Below are positions 10,501 through 21,956 of a stretch of 45,927 nt of DNA, piece after piece (position 1 is the stretch's first letter; each line of letters starts with the position of its first letter). The stretch is from Octopus bimaculoides (Eukaryota). The notes under the pieces are model-generated. The model was not told the DNA's origin. It made no database searches and was given only the letters and a program-made list of their open reading frames with translations. The position numbers and the translations under genes are program-made. Where the stretch lies: the NCBI RefSeq assembly GCF_001194135.2, contig NC_068982.1:108747953-108793879 (forward strand), in the 5' to 3' direction.

Positions 10501-13500
10501 ATCCCTAACATAACTCCTTGCATTAATTCATCTCATTGTTGCATTTGGCTAAACTGTGGTAAATGGCATTATTGGTTGAGCAATAGATTAGACTTGCAAT
10601 GTTTACAATAGTTATGTCCCTTTATACGCTGAGTTAAAATCCTGTTGAGTTTTGATTTTGTTTTGCATTCTTAGATCAATAAAGTATCAATATTATAATA
10701 GTTCAACTTTAGATAGTTCCTTCCCCCAAAAATGTGACTTGTGCCAAAATCATTAATAATTATTATATTTGGAATATTCCTTATTCCAAAATGGTAAAAA
10801 GAAAAAGTTTTATTTTACAAAATTGTTTCCTAGTCAAAAGGAAAATTTCTAATTGATTCAAACTCAAAATAAATATTTTTATGACTAGGATAGCAAATAG
10901 ATATAATCCCATTCCATCATCTAATGAGCAATACAACACAGCTAGAAGTCACATTATGTTAAGAAAGTGAACATTTTTCAGTTTCTTTATAAAATGAGTC
11001 ACGTTAACATTATTAGGGCTTGTTCCATTTGAAAAAATACAAATTGAAAAGACTAGTAACACCACGATATAGATTTAATACAAAGATTCTACTGTCATTT
11101 TCCACCTATAATACCATCTTAACCATAAAACGGAATGAGCTGAAATATCTTGGCATCATTTCAATTAGGATTATTGGCACCAATGCTGAAAGACAGGAAA
11201 AATACTGTACAGATGTGATTTTCTTTATAACCCTATCAATAAGCAGTTAACACCTTAATCTAGGAATATATATAAAAAATAAAATTCCCAAATATATAGA
11301 GAGAATAAAATTTCTAGTAAGTGGAAAGAGAAAAATAAAATATTATTTTCAAATGCTAGCACAAGGCCACCAATTTCGGGAGAAGGGTAAATCTATTACA
11401 CTGACCCCAGGGATCAACTGGTACTTATATTTCATCAGCCTGAAAGGATGAAAGGCAAAAGTCAACCTTGGTGGAACTTGAACTCAGAATGTAGAGACAG
11501 ACGAAATGCCACTAAGCATTTTGCCTGGTGTGCTAACAATTCTACCAGCTCACCATCTTAATAAAGAAACAAAATATTAAAAGTCATCATCCTTCAAACG
11601 TTCTTCTAATATTTATATTATGATTAGAAGAGTCAAAAGCTTACATAAACTTAGAAAGTGGTAATTAAGAGAATAAAAAAATCAAAGACACCACATAATA
11701 CAAAATAATTATCAGATAATGAAATATTTCAACAATAAAGCATAGTACTTAACTGGAAAAAAAATGAATATTTTAAGGAAAAGAAAACAAAGAAAAGTCA
11801 ATATACCAATGTGATCCACCATATTGATAAGCAGCCATGTTGTCATTGACAGCCATAAAAACATACTGCTTTGACGTCAAATTCAGGGGATCTAGAAAAA
11901 TTCCCATTTCATGTTCTGCGGCATACAAAAAGAAAATACATTAAAATCTAATATTAATTAGAAACTGTGAGACAAATATTATAATGATAATAATCTTATG
12001 TTGTATTTGAAGGAATACAACATTATAAATATACTACTCTTCTAAGTCTGTTGACTCATTTGATGTATTTTACTGAAATTGTTAAATCCAACAATGCTAT
12101 GTTTTGTAAATACAAAGGCAGGTAAGAATAAAGCTTATCAACTTTGGATGGGATAATACTTTTTGAAATTAAAGTTTTCACCCAAGCTAGTAAGACTTAA
12201 CACACATTTTTTATGCTTTTTCATATTCATTAATATCAAACAAAGGTAGCTATCAGCTAGATCACTCCCCACATTATAATCTTTTAAAGTTTTTTTTTAA
12301 AAAGTGATTATGTCTTTTTTTTTAAAGTTGCCAAGTTATTTAATATTCATCAATTCATCAAGAAAAAGAATAATTCAATAAAAAACTACTAGTGATGTAT
12401 ATGTTCATAAAAAATTTTTTTAAATATAGTTACGTGGATAAAACTTTATAGCTTGAATGACAGATGGACTGATGAAAGCAAGGAGGTCTGCACAGTATCG
12501 ATATTGCTCACGTTCAAAATACCTGAAATAGGTAAAATAAACAAATTTAAAAGGTATGCATTGTACAATGAAAGAGGCAGAAAATTGCCACTTTTAGAAT
12601 CAAACATCATTTTCAATTGGACTGTTACCAATATAATCAAAAGAAAAGTTGTATAGCTTAATTTGAAATCAGCCACATCAATAATATGGATACAATTAAT
12701 AATCATATAAAGGTACAGTGCTGCAAAAGCTATCTTTTATCTTTTACTTGCTCCTGAGACCTCTGGAGACATGCTGTAATTGAGAAGACCCAGCAAGTAA
12801 AGTGAGATCACAGCTGTAGCCTATACCCGTATCGCATAACCAGCCCATTTAAAAAGTACCTTTGATTCATCGGGCAACACTCCGTGCTTGAGGAGACCTA
12901 CTGAGTCAAGTAAAATCAAAATCACAAGCAGAATCTCAATAAAATCAAAATCAAAAATGGAAATTGTAGTTGTGACCAATGTCAGTGTCACCTGACTGGC
13001 TCTCATGCTGGTGGCAGGCAATAAGCACCATTCATGCATGGGTTGTCTCCAGTGCTGCCTGACTGGCTCCCCATGCCAGTGGCATGTAAAAAGCACCATC
13101 CGAATATGGTTGATGCCAGTCCCCCTGACTGGCTCCTGTGTGGTACCCTGAGTGACACGTAAAAAGTACCATCTGAACGTAGCTGATGCCAGTGCCGCCT
13201 GACTGGCTCCCATGCCGGAAGCATGTAAAAAGCACCCACTACACTCTCGGAGTGGTTGGCGTTAGGAAGGGCATCCAGCTGTAGAAACATTACCGTTGTA
13301 TCTTTAAATTACAGGTATAATCCATCTCATGGTCTACAGTTTTCATCCACCCAATTTCACTTACAAAATATGGATCAACTCAAAGCTATAGAAAATAGCC
13401 TTGGTACTGCCCAAGATGTCATACAGTGGAATTGAAACCAACACTTGAAGATTGTGAAGCAAACTTTTAACCATTTGGCCATGCTGCATCTATACACACA

Positions 13501-16500
13501 CACACAAACACACACACACACACATGGAATACCTGACATTTCTTTCTTTTTGTGCCACTAACATCAGGTTAAAGATAAGAGTGTGTTTTTATAGGAATGT
13601 TGTAGTAACCAATTAATAGTTTCCATTTGAGTTCAGCTAAGCAGAAAATTCCATGTAAAGGTTATTACAATGTAGGTAGCATTTGGTGACTTCAACTGTA
13701 CAAGTTGTAAGAGAGACACAATGAGAAAGAGAGAAGGTATGTGTTTATGTGTATATATATGTACATAGGCATCCCAGCACAAATCTAAGTGTAATTATGT
13801 GTGAGTGTGACTGTCTCTACATAATAAATAGGTTTTGTATAACCTTGGTATATACACACACCAGCAAACATGGCACCATCATCACTGTCTCATTTTCATT
13901 ACTAACTACTATTACTGTCTTTACTATCATTCCTCTTCCCAGCACTCTCACTCTCCCAGTACTCCTTCCTCTACCATCCTCTCACCCTAATCACACTATT
14001 TTTCCATTCACATGAACATTCTCTTCACCTATTCATTTTGGTCCTTTTGTCATTGCTCTCTAGTACCAGGATAAAATGTACCTGGTACACCCTAAAGTGG
14101 ATGGCAAATAAACAAAGAGAACAAAAGATCAAGGGAGTCCTTTAATCTTGCAAAGGGCACAGCAACCCCATAAAAGTTGGGATCAATAAAATATAGTAAG
14201 TACAATCTGTAAAGTGGTCAGTTTTAGACTGGACATCTTGTTGGTCTTAGATAGGGTATGCATGCTGAAAATGGAACATACAAGTGAAATGTGGTCCTCC
14301 AACACCTCCAGGAAAGTAACTTCAAATAAGTACTAATTTGGACTGGCTACCCATCCAACCCATATCAGCATTGAATATGCACAGGTATGGCTGCGCAGTT
14401 AAAAGATTCACTTCACAACTGACTAGTCTCAGGTTCAGTCCCAGTGCACAGCACCTTGGACTAGCATCTTCTACATTACAAGCCAACCAATATTTTGTGA
14501 GTGAATTAAATAGACAGAAACAGTGTGTGTGTGTGTGTACAGAGACACACACTTCTCCAGCTGTCACATCTCTTGATATGCTGTGTCAAGGATAAGGCAA
14601 AGAGAATACTTGCGCTCACTTGTAACTACAAAGATACCTAAAACAATTAGTGAAAGCATGGTACACATAGCAATCACTTGCAAGCAATAGCTTTGGTTCA
14701 TATAGATATCATCATCATCATCCAGTGTTTTAAATCCGGGTTTTGTCCCCATTAACGGTGGTGGCCGGATCTACTTCAATGCCATAGCAACCACCCTCAC
14801 ACCATCTTGCCCGGTTTTGGGCATCCTCCTTTTACATACCAACTCTCCCAATCTCCTCCTCCACCTTTTCCTTGGTCTACCTCGTTTTCATTCTCTATTT
14901 ACCTCAAATCATGCTCTTCATCCCTCCTCAACACATGCTCATACCACCTCACTCCATTTGCCCTTGCCAACTATTCCACCAATTCCTCCAACCCCAGCAT
15001 TCCTATCAAATTCTCAGTCCTCCTCCTATCAAACAGCTTCACCCCACACATTTCTCTCACCATTGCTCTCTGTCCTTAAAATTACCATCTCTCTCTCCCT
15101 CAGACACCATGTCTCACTCCCACACAACTCTTATAGACCCTTCCTTTCATCTTTAATGAGAACCTTTTCCCATATAACGCTCCACATTCCCTAAACTTCA
15201 CCCAGCCAAGTCTCGCTCTTGCTGTCACAACTGTTTCACATCCACCCTATCTCCCAAATAACAAAACCCTCTCACTGTTTCCACCTTGTCACATAGCGTT
15301 TCCACTAGTTCCGCAAGCCCTCCAACACCTTTCTCATATCTTCCACAAACAAATCCCTCACCAGTCTTGGAGTCACCTTCTTCATTTTCGTACATCTACC
15401 ATGAATCCATTTCTCACATCTCATACACAACACCGCATTTGCCATTACCTTCCTTCCACATACACCACATGAATCCACCTTACTCACTAATACTTCTCCT
15501 TCCACTCTGCTCACCATCATCTTTGTCTTCCTGAGGTTTACCTTCAAACCCTTGCTTTCAAACACCTTCTTCCATTTCCAAAACTTCATCTCCATTATCA
15601 ATCCCTCTCTTGCACTCTCCGTCACCACATCAACCGCTATTGCAAACAACAACGGTGACAACACAGATCCCTGATGCAGACCAACTTTCACCGCAAACTC
15701 CTCTGACAGCTCTGATCCAATTCTAACTAGTCTTTACCCCCCTCGTACAAACTCATCACTGCTCTCACTATTACCTCTTGTACACCTCTCTTCCTCAATG
15801 CTCACTCAATCACCTCCTTTGGAACCCTATCAAATGCCTTCTCCAGATCAATGAAGCATATGTGCAACTCCTTCTCCTTATCTCAGTATTCCTCTTGCAA
15901 TCTCTTTACAATGAACACCGCATCTATTGTCCCCCTATCTGGCATAAAACCAAACTGCATCTCGTCCACATCCACTTGTTTCCAAATTCTCCTCTCCAAC
16001 ACCCTTTCCACTATTTTCATTGCATGCTCCAATAACTTCACTCCCCTATACGCCCCACAACTCATCACATCCCCCTTCCCCTTAAAGATCGATACCACCA
16101 CACTTAGTGCCCAATCATCTGGCATTCCTCTTCCATCCAGTACACCCTGGCACAGCTTCATTACAACAATCTCTATCTCTCTACTTGCAGTTATTATTTC
16201 CTTCATTGCTTCTACTACTTCTTCCCAAATAACCCTCTCCACTGGCCCCTCCACTACAGTAACTTCCACCCTCTGAAACCATTCATTCTTCACATTCATA
16301 ATTCCCTCCATATGTTCCTTCCAAATTCTTTCCCTGTCCTTCTCACTAAAATTCAACCTTCCATCACTCCCATTCATGCATCTTCCTCCCTCAACATCTC
16401 TTCCATCTTTTTTCATTGATGTAATAAACCTAAACACTCCATCTGGGTTCTCATCCAGCCCGCTCAACCTCTCCTCAGCCTCCTTCCTCATAGATCATGC

Positions 16501-19500
16501 AACAACCCTCTTTGCATGATTCTTCATGTTATTGTACCTGGCTTTCATTTGCTCAGTCCTATTATTACACAAAGCTTTATGCGTCTCCTTTTTCCTTGCT
16601 ATCACATCCCTCACCTCCTCATTCCACCACTACGTATCTCGATCTCTCCTACCTCTCATCCTTCCACACACTTTGTCACATGCCTTTAGTACCCCTTCTT
16701 TAAAAGACTTTCACAAATCCAGTGCATCAATGCTTACCAACTCCTCAACTCTCTCCTCAAACCTTGCTCTTGTTTCTTCTTACTTCAGTTTCCACACCTT
16801 TCTCCTCTTAACCATTCTCTTTCTCATACACTTTTTTAACTTTCCTCTTATCCAAGTCAGCAACCACCAACCTTTGCTGCAACTCTCCTGGTATTGTCTT
16901 CACATCTCTCAGATACTTTCTGTTTTTCCTGCCAACCAACACGAAATCAATCTCTGTCTCATTCCCTCCTGCACTGAAAGTCGCCTTCCTTTTCTCTGTT
17001 TTCCTAAACCACATGTTCACCACACACAACTCTTTCTCATCACAAAACTCCAACAGCATGTGTTGTCTTCTTTGTATACAACTTCCCACTGCATATACCA
17101 GATAAAAACTATGCTCTTCACTTTACCAATCTCACCATCATGCAGATATATTCACCATTTATGAAAGTATTAATGCTAACTTCAAACTAAGGGAGCTACA
17201 CGCACTAACAATGTCCCTACTATTATCCTCAAAAAATGTGCTCCAAAATTAGTCCCCTTACTCACTAAACTCTTCTCTCTCTAGGAATATATTTTGATTT
17301 TTTAAAAACATACGACAGGGTATCCTATTCCCAATAAGAGAAACCCCTTTGACACTTGCCGTCATACTCCCAACATCTCAAAGATGATGGAAATAGCCAT
17401 AAACAACCACCGTTTCTTCTTAATGACCACTTGTACGATTTCATAAAGCCATATCTTCTAAAAAAAATTTTTTTAAACACTTATGTCACTCACTGTGGGC
17501 CCTTCTCTCATGGTGAAAGGAGTGTTGTTACTCTCAACATCAGAAAAGTTGTTGACCATGTTTAACATGCAGATCTCCCGTCGAAAGTTAGCGTTTCCAT
17601 CTGATTTTAATCGTTGACTTTTCGTCAGATCCCTTTCAGCTACATTTTATCAAATGTGGAGTGTCCCTGGGCTCGGATTCGTTCTCCATATCCATCCTCT
17701 AAAACGTCAATAACTTACTAGCGATTACCTTTATATAAAGAACTAAATATAATATGGAAAATTCTAGGCATTCTTTTGACAGTAACGAAAGAATGCCAAA
17801 TTCTAAATAAGAAAAGTTAAACACAGTAAAATCACATTAATATAAATATTTTTTAAATATGTAACATGTAAAAGACGATATTAAACCCAAAGTGAAAGTC
17901 GAGTTTTGTTATTTTACACAAACAAACTTATACATGTTTTGTGGTTTTAATTTGAACAACCTCAAATACATTCGAAAATAGTAATTACTTGTGAAAACAT
18001 TGCTATTTCAACTAAAACTTGCCATATGAAAATCCTTTAAAATCTAAACACTTTTCACCTTTTAGAAAAACATTGCGTCCTTGACATTTTCCTCAAAGAA
18101 ACCAAGAGATAGAGATTCATGTTAGAATACGAGGATCTTTGGGGTTTGACGGGCAACATTTTTTTTGTAGTGTTTTTGGTACCGAAACACTTTCAAACTT
18201 CGAATATTTGTATATTTTGTGGTATAGAACAGATAAAAAATTTTGTATTCGAAGTTATTTTATGTAAAAAAAGATCCGAATACGAAGTTCTTAACATAGG
18301 TGATACATTCTTAAGTAGGCAGTTTCTGACTCGTATGAAAGCAATAAACTGTGGCTACAAATAGCGTATTGATAGAAATTGAGAAAGAAAAAAGAATTCT
18401 ATGAGAATTAATCTTGCAGAATTTCCTTGTATAGTTAACAATATTAATACGATTGACGTATAGTATATATTTGTGTCTCAGGTGAAAGAGTTAAAAACAA
18501 TGTCAGTGAACACACACACCAAAATTATGAAGAAAGGCGATATTAATAGTTTCATTCACAGCTATCCAAACACTTGGTACCGTCTTCGGCGAAGGGGGTC
18601 TGTCCAAAACATTAAGATTAATCGCTTTATACACACGACCTTGTTAAATGTTGCAACAGTACAGACCATGTTTAATTTGTTCTGATTGTTTTTGTTAGTA
18701 TTTAATTTTAAAAGCATTTATTCTGAAATTTTATCCGTGACCAATAAAAAGAAATATTGTAAATAAAGCTGCTTATTCGTAAAAGTATATTCATTTGCAG
18801 ATAATTATTAATTTTCTTAAGAAAACATTCCTGTAGTTAAAGAGTGTGTGTGGGTGTGTTCCCGCAACAATATCACAAATAACCGAAACTAAAATGACAT
18901 TGATCATGTTCATAGTTATTCGCTGTGGTTCACTAATAGTTTCCATTCTGGACTGAAAAATTAATATTAGATGTAACAGCCTGCAAAAAAATATGATATT
19001 TTAAACAAGAACAAACCAAAAGTACTGGAACTTTTATTCGCAATAACTGATCTCACGAAATTGAAGGGAGAAGCGTCGAGGGGATTTATATGGTTGGATT
19101 TATACTGGCTGTTACAAAAACAAAAGCATAACGAGTAAAGGTCTAAAGAAAATACAAAGCAGCTTAGTGCCCTACAGGATTTCAACACCTTAAACATAAA
19201 ACCTTTAAGAAGAAAAATTCTGATGAATAGCTTTACCTTCAACTTTAACTATTTTTTCTCACTGAACATCAACATATATTAATTTTTAGCTTCTTTATAA
19301 GATTTACTCTTGCTGGTGCAGACCATCACTAGTTTTCTCGCATTCTTTAATAAAGTGATGTTCCGATTTTGTTCTAAGTTGTGTAAAATATAATATATGT
19401 TTGACTTGATTTTTCTTATACTTTTCGTTACGTTGTGGATCATAACGCTTTACAGCATTCAGGAATGAATCGGCAGTTATTATGGAGAGAAATATATAAA

Positions 19501-19768
19501 ACGAAAAGTCGACGAAGCGTGCCGAAAAAGTATCATGTTAAATGTCAACAATAACTGGGTTATATAATTTTACTATTAAGAACAAGCGTGAAGAAATGCA
19601 AGGGAGCTGTCCTCTAATGAAGACAAAGTAGAAATCAAAATAAACTTACTCGAAACAAAACTCAATGATTTTATCATTGATCCAATTGGGAGGATCCAGT
19701 AACTCGTAATCAGATACCCGTAACAGACTGTTATGATAGTTTAACACAATATCTGTTTCCCCAGCCAT
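4364..19768 (-). CDS. SENP8: NEDD8-specific cysteine protease (SENP8/NEDP1/DEN1), 6 coding exons: join(19768-19650,12522-12434,11915-11807,9883-9768,7325-7275,4527-4364), 648 nt, 215 aa
   Basis: Spliced translation MAGETDIVLNYHNSLLRVSDYELLDPPNWINDKIIEFCFEYF...GGSHWSLL...FYHYDS...CPQQENGYDCGIHVI...KKRQEIKDLICSLKKCS* follows the Ulp1/C48-family SENP8 pattern along its length, with catalytic His (GSHW), Asp (HYDS), oxyanion Gln (QQ) and Cys (YDCG). All five introns are GT-AG and phases close (2,1,2,1,1). Confidence 0.95.
5450..7255 (+). mobile_element. Degenerate CR1-like LINE (RT and 3' end) in SENP8 intron 5
   Basis: Broken frames with PVSLTSCIVKMME, DVIYLDFTKAF, GALQGSVIGPLSF (GVPQGSVLGP-like) and LDTMQQWLADWQL; AT-rich tail near 7250. 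5' boundary approximate. Confidence 0.8.
7275..7325 (-). CDS. SENP8: SENP8 coding exon 5 (ADKKATFKEMDCPQQEN)
   Basis: Acceptor catgtaaaag|CT (weak AAG), donor G|GTAATT; 51 nt, phase 1-1; supplies the PQQxN segment preceding the catalytic Cys. Confidence 0.9.
7516..8005. repeat. Local tandem duplication (about 7516-7685 and 7781-7950) plus 48-bp inverted copy (7813-7860 / 7958-8005)
   Basis: AACAAACTTTGGAA..ACAGACAAGAAAGTAAATTT..TAGCCATGAAAA..CCCTCAGATAC repeated; inverted arms 44/48 identical. Confidence 0.85.
7645..7715 (-). pseudogene. Degenerate tRNA (TGT anticodon, Thr-like; could be a decayed Ala-TGC) in SENP8 intron 4
   Basis: D arm ACTT/GAGT, anticodon arm CTTAG-CTTGTAT-CTGAG and T arm ACAGG-TTCAACT-CCTGT are intact; acceptor stem is largely unpaired; T5 run about 10 nt downstream. 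Confidence 0.6.
8150..8420. repeat. Degenerate ~30-45-bp minisatellite (core GTAACTACAGAGGTGGTATATTGTAGATATCAC), about 7 units
   Basis: AAC/ATTACAGA core recurs about every 38 nt. Confidence 0.85.
8790..9330 (-). mobile_element. 3' fragment of the same CR1-like family, inverted relative to 5450-7255
   Basis: Reverse complement reads NKLPASVLSCQDIASFRTSMLLEIHQHY and shares the tail GAGTTGTAGTG(C/T)AC with 6960-7250. Confidence 0.7.
9768..9883 (-). CDS. SENP8: SENP8 coding exon 4 (SLLMYNGLRNAFYHYDSMSPSNMSIAEDLCQKIQTNMN)
   Basis: Acceptor atttgtag|G, donor G|GTAAGA; 116 nt; catalytic Asp in HYDS. Confidence 0.94.
11355..11560 (-). mobile_element. tRNA-derived SINE family C (second copy about 32400-32590, +)
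   Basis: Shared core GAGTTCAAATTC..GAGGT(C/T)GACTTT(T)GCCTTTCATCCTTT..AAGTAC..GGCCTTGT between the two loci. Confidence 0.75.
11807..11915 (-). CDS. SENP8: SENP8 coding exon 3 (HEMGIFLDPLNLTSKQYVFMAVNDNMAAYQYGGSH-W)
   Basis: Acceptor gccgcag|AA, donor TG|GTATAT; 109 nt; contains FLxPL, AVNDN and the catalytic His in GGSHW. Confidence 0.94.
12434..12522 (-). CDS. SENP8: SENP8 coding exon 2 (YFEREQYRYCADLLAFISPSVIQAIKFYP)
   Basis: Acceptor ctatttcag|G, donor C|GTAACT; 89 nt; FISP motif; phase 2 in, phase 1 out. Confidence 0.92.
12745..13293 (+). mobile_element. RTE 3' UTR fragment with four ~63-bp hairpin repeat units
   Basis: Colinear with 25240-25650 (GAGAAGACC..CATAACCAGCCCATTTAAAAAGTACC..CACCCACTACACTCTCGGAGTGGTTGG). 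Confidence 0.8.
14708..17160 (-). mobile_element. 5'-truncated, frameshifted RTE-clade LINE (endonuclease end, RT, C-terminus, (GAT)n tail) in SENP8 intron 1
   Basis: ORF pieces LEFCDEKELCVVN..TEIDFVLV, YRGVKLLEHAMKIVERVLERRI, QFGFMPDRGTIDAVFIV, VGLHQGSVLSPLLFAIAVDVV, FCYLGD; ends GGATGATGATGAT. Confidence 0.92.
17165..17720 (+). mobile_element. Degenerate CR1/Jockey-like LINE RT fragment
   Basis: Translates to IILKKCAPKLVPLLTKLF, NISKMME, VTLNIRKVVDHV (LDIxKAFDxV-like) and CGV(P/S)xGS. Confidence 0.6.
18133..18277. mobile_element. 145-bp derivative of the same MITE with 8-bp TSD GAATACGA
   Basis: TSD at 18125-18132 and 18278-18285; near-identical to 31528-31667; right end only AAAGATCC. 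Confidence 0.85.
19650..19768 (-). CDS. SENP8: SENP8 coding exon 1 (MAGETDIVLNYHNSLLRVSDYELLDPPNWINDKIIEFCF-E)
   Basis: ATG at 19768; 119 nt; donor GA|GTAAGT at 19649; matches the SENP8 N-terminal SLLRxSD..LLDPPxWxND motif. Confidence 0.93.
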
Positions 19769-19822
19769 AGTTCAACTAACGGGGTACTTCATTCAACATT
19801 GAATGAAATGTTACATCACCTC

Positions 19823-19838
19823 TGACGTAACATCCGGT
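19823..19838 (-). promoter_or_regulatory. SENP8 proximal promoter with adjacent ETS-like and CRE-like sites (ACCGGATGTTACGTCA)
   Basis: Motif lies 55 nt upstream of the SENP8 ATG in a locally CpG-retaining region; two mismatches to the ETS-CRE composite CCGGAAGTGACGTCA. Confidence 0.5.
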
Positions 19839-20169
19839 CTAGATTTTTATAGCAGCCGCACTTTTTTAAAACAATTGGATGACTTCGGTGAAAAAGTTTT
19901 ACTGAGAAAATATTGAAGCTGCCAAAATAAAATCACCTACATTTGAAAGAAAAAGAGTACGAAATATATGTTTCTTTCAATGAAATCAAAATATTCTGAT
20001 GTATTATCAACTCTCAATACAAATTTAGGGGAGTTTACTCGATTTAATTGACTTCTTTGCTTCACAGTTGAAACGGAATTTTAATTTTGAACACATGGAG
20101 GCGTAATTAAATACCACAAGGCATTTCAGCCGTCTTGCCAGCCATTGATAATAATAATCTCTAGCCTAA

Positions 20170-20600
20170 TACTCTTTTACTCTTTTATTTGTTTCAGTCA
20201 TTTGACTGCGGCCATGCTGGAGCACCGCCTTTAGTCGAGAAAATCGACCCCCAGGACTTATTCTTTGGAAGCCTAGTACTTATTCTATCGGTCTCTTTTG
20301 CCGAACCGCTAAGTTACGGGGACGTAAACACACCAGCATCGGTTGTCAAGCGATGGTGGGGGGACAAACACAGACACACAAACACGCACACACACACACA
20401 AACACACATACATATATANNNNNNNNNNTATATACATATACATATATACGTCGGGCTTCTTTCAGTTTTCGTCTACCAAATCCACTCACAAGGCTTTGGT
20501 CGGCTTGAGGCTATAGAAGACACTTGCCCAAGGTGCCACGCAGTGGGACTGAACCCAGAACCATGTGGTTGGTAAACAAGCTACTTACCACACAGCCACT
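20170..20600 (-). mobile_element. tRNA-derived SINE family A (central microsatellite, (TACTCTTT)n tail)
   Basis: Head AGTGGCTGTGTGGTAAGTAGCTTG..GGGTTCAGTCCCACTGCG with A/B-box-like motifs; near-identical copies at 21542-21956 (-), 25906-26294 (-) and 38512-38895 (+). Contains a 10-N gap. Confidence 0.9.
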
Positions 20601-21541
20601 AGTATTATCTCGTGTGGTTATTTATTTTCTCTTTCAAATGAAAGAGAAAAGAGAAGAAAGCAAAAGCAGAATGATATTTTCTTTTTAAGTGGATTTCTTC
20701 TTAAGAAATTGTGTGTGTGTGTGTGTGTTAACAGGATCAATTTGAGTGAGGGGCCCATGGAGCTATATGATATCAAAATATTTTGAACTTAGGTAGCATT
20801 AGTCATATCTAAAGCTACTCTTTATAAGTTAGGACAGGTCAGTTAAGGGTTACCAGATTGATTCCAATAAAAGTAGCATATTTTAAAATTGTAGCAAATT
20901 GTGTTAATAGTTCAACACTTTTTTTTTTGCCTACCTCTCCTCCCCTCTTCCATTCCCCCATCTTTTGCTCTCTCCATACTCTCTTACAAATCCTCATCCA
21001 CTTACACTCTGAGTTCATCTGTCCCCACTCACTTAACCTACCTCATATCCAGAAGAGACTCCACATCACCACAACCTAAATCTTTGCGGCTCCTGCTGAT
21101 CATTCTCTCTCTTTCTTCTAAATGTGAGAAGCCATGAAGTTCCTCTGTAACAAGAACCTGTTCTGCCTTCCACCCACCTCTCTCATGCTTTAACCACTCA
21201 TCTCCTACTATAAAGCTAACCTCTCCCCCACTCAGAGCTCATAGTTTTGAGAGTTACATGACAACCTCATTAGTGGTGGTGGCACAAAAAAAAGGACTCA
21301 GTACACATTATAAAGTGGTTGGTATTAGGAAGGGTATCTGGCCATAAAAAATGTGACAAAGTACCTTACATAATGCAGTCCTTGAACCTATCAGATCCTG
21401 TCAAACCATCCAACCCATGCCAGCATGGAATATGGAAGTTAAATAATGTTGATGATGATGACGATGATGTTGATATATATATATTTATATATCATATATA
21501 TATATATATATATAAATGTCTATATATAATAGATATAAATA

Positions 21542-21748
21542 TACTCTTTTACATATTTCAATCATTTGACTGTGGCCATGCTGGAGCACCGCCTTTAGTC
21601 AAGCAAATCGACCCCAGGACTTATTCTTTGTAAGCCTAGTACTTATTCTATCGGACTCTTTTGCTGAACCGGTAAGTTACGGGACGTAAACACACCAGCA
21701 TTGGTTGTCCAGTGATGTTGGGGGTCAAACACAGACACACAAACATAT

Positions 21749-21800
<52 letters not shown>

Positions 21801-21956
21801 GACAGGCATCTTTCAGTTTCCGTCTACCAAATCCACTCACAAGGCTTTGGTCGGCCCGAGGCTATAGTAGAAGACACTTGCCCAAGGTGCCACGCAGTGG
21901 GACTGAACCCGGAACCATGTGGTTTGTAAGCAAGCCACTTATCACACAGCCACTCT
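21542..21956 (-). mobile_element. SINE family A copy
   Basis: Colinear with 20170-20600. Confidence 0.9.

Noticed and set aside
16497-17164. 212-aa and other + strand ORFs
   Set aside because: Antisense shadows of the purine-rich RTE coding strand; low-complexity Leu/Ser/His/Phe content.
19660-19670. SENP8 IIEF as an editing-restorable IIGF (GAG to GGG)
   Set aside because: As I recall, Glu occurs at this position in non-editing lineages (plant DEN1), so it need not be a derived state.
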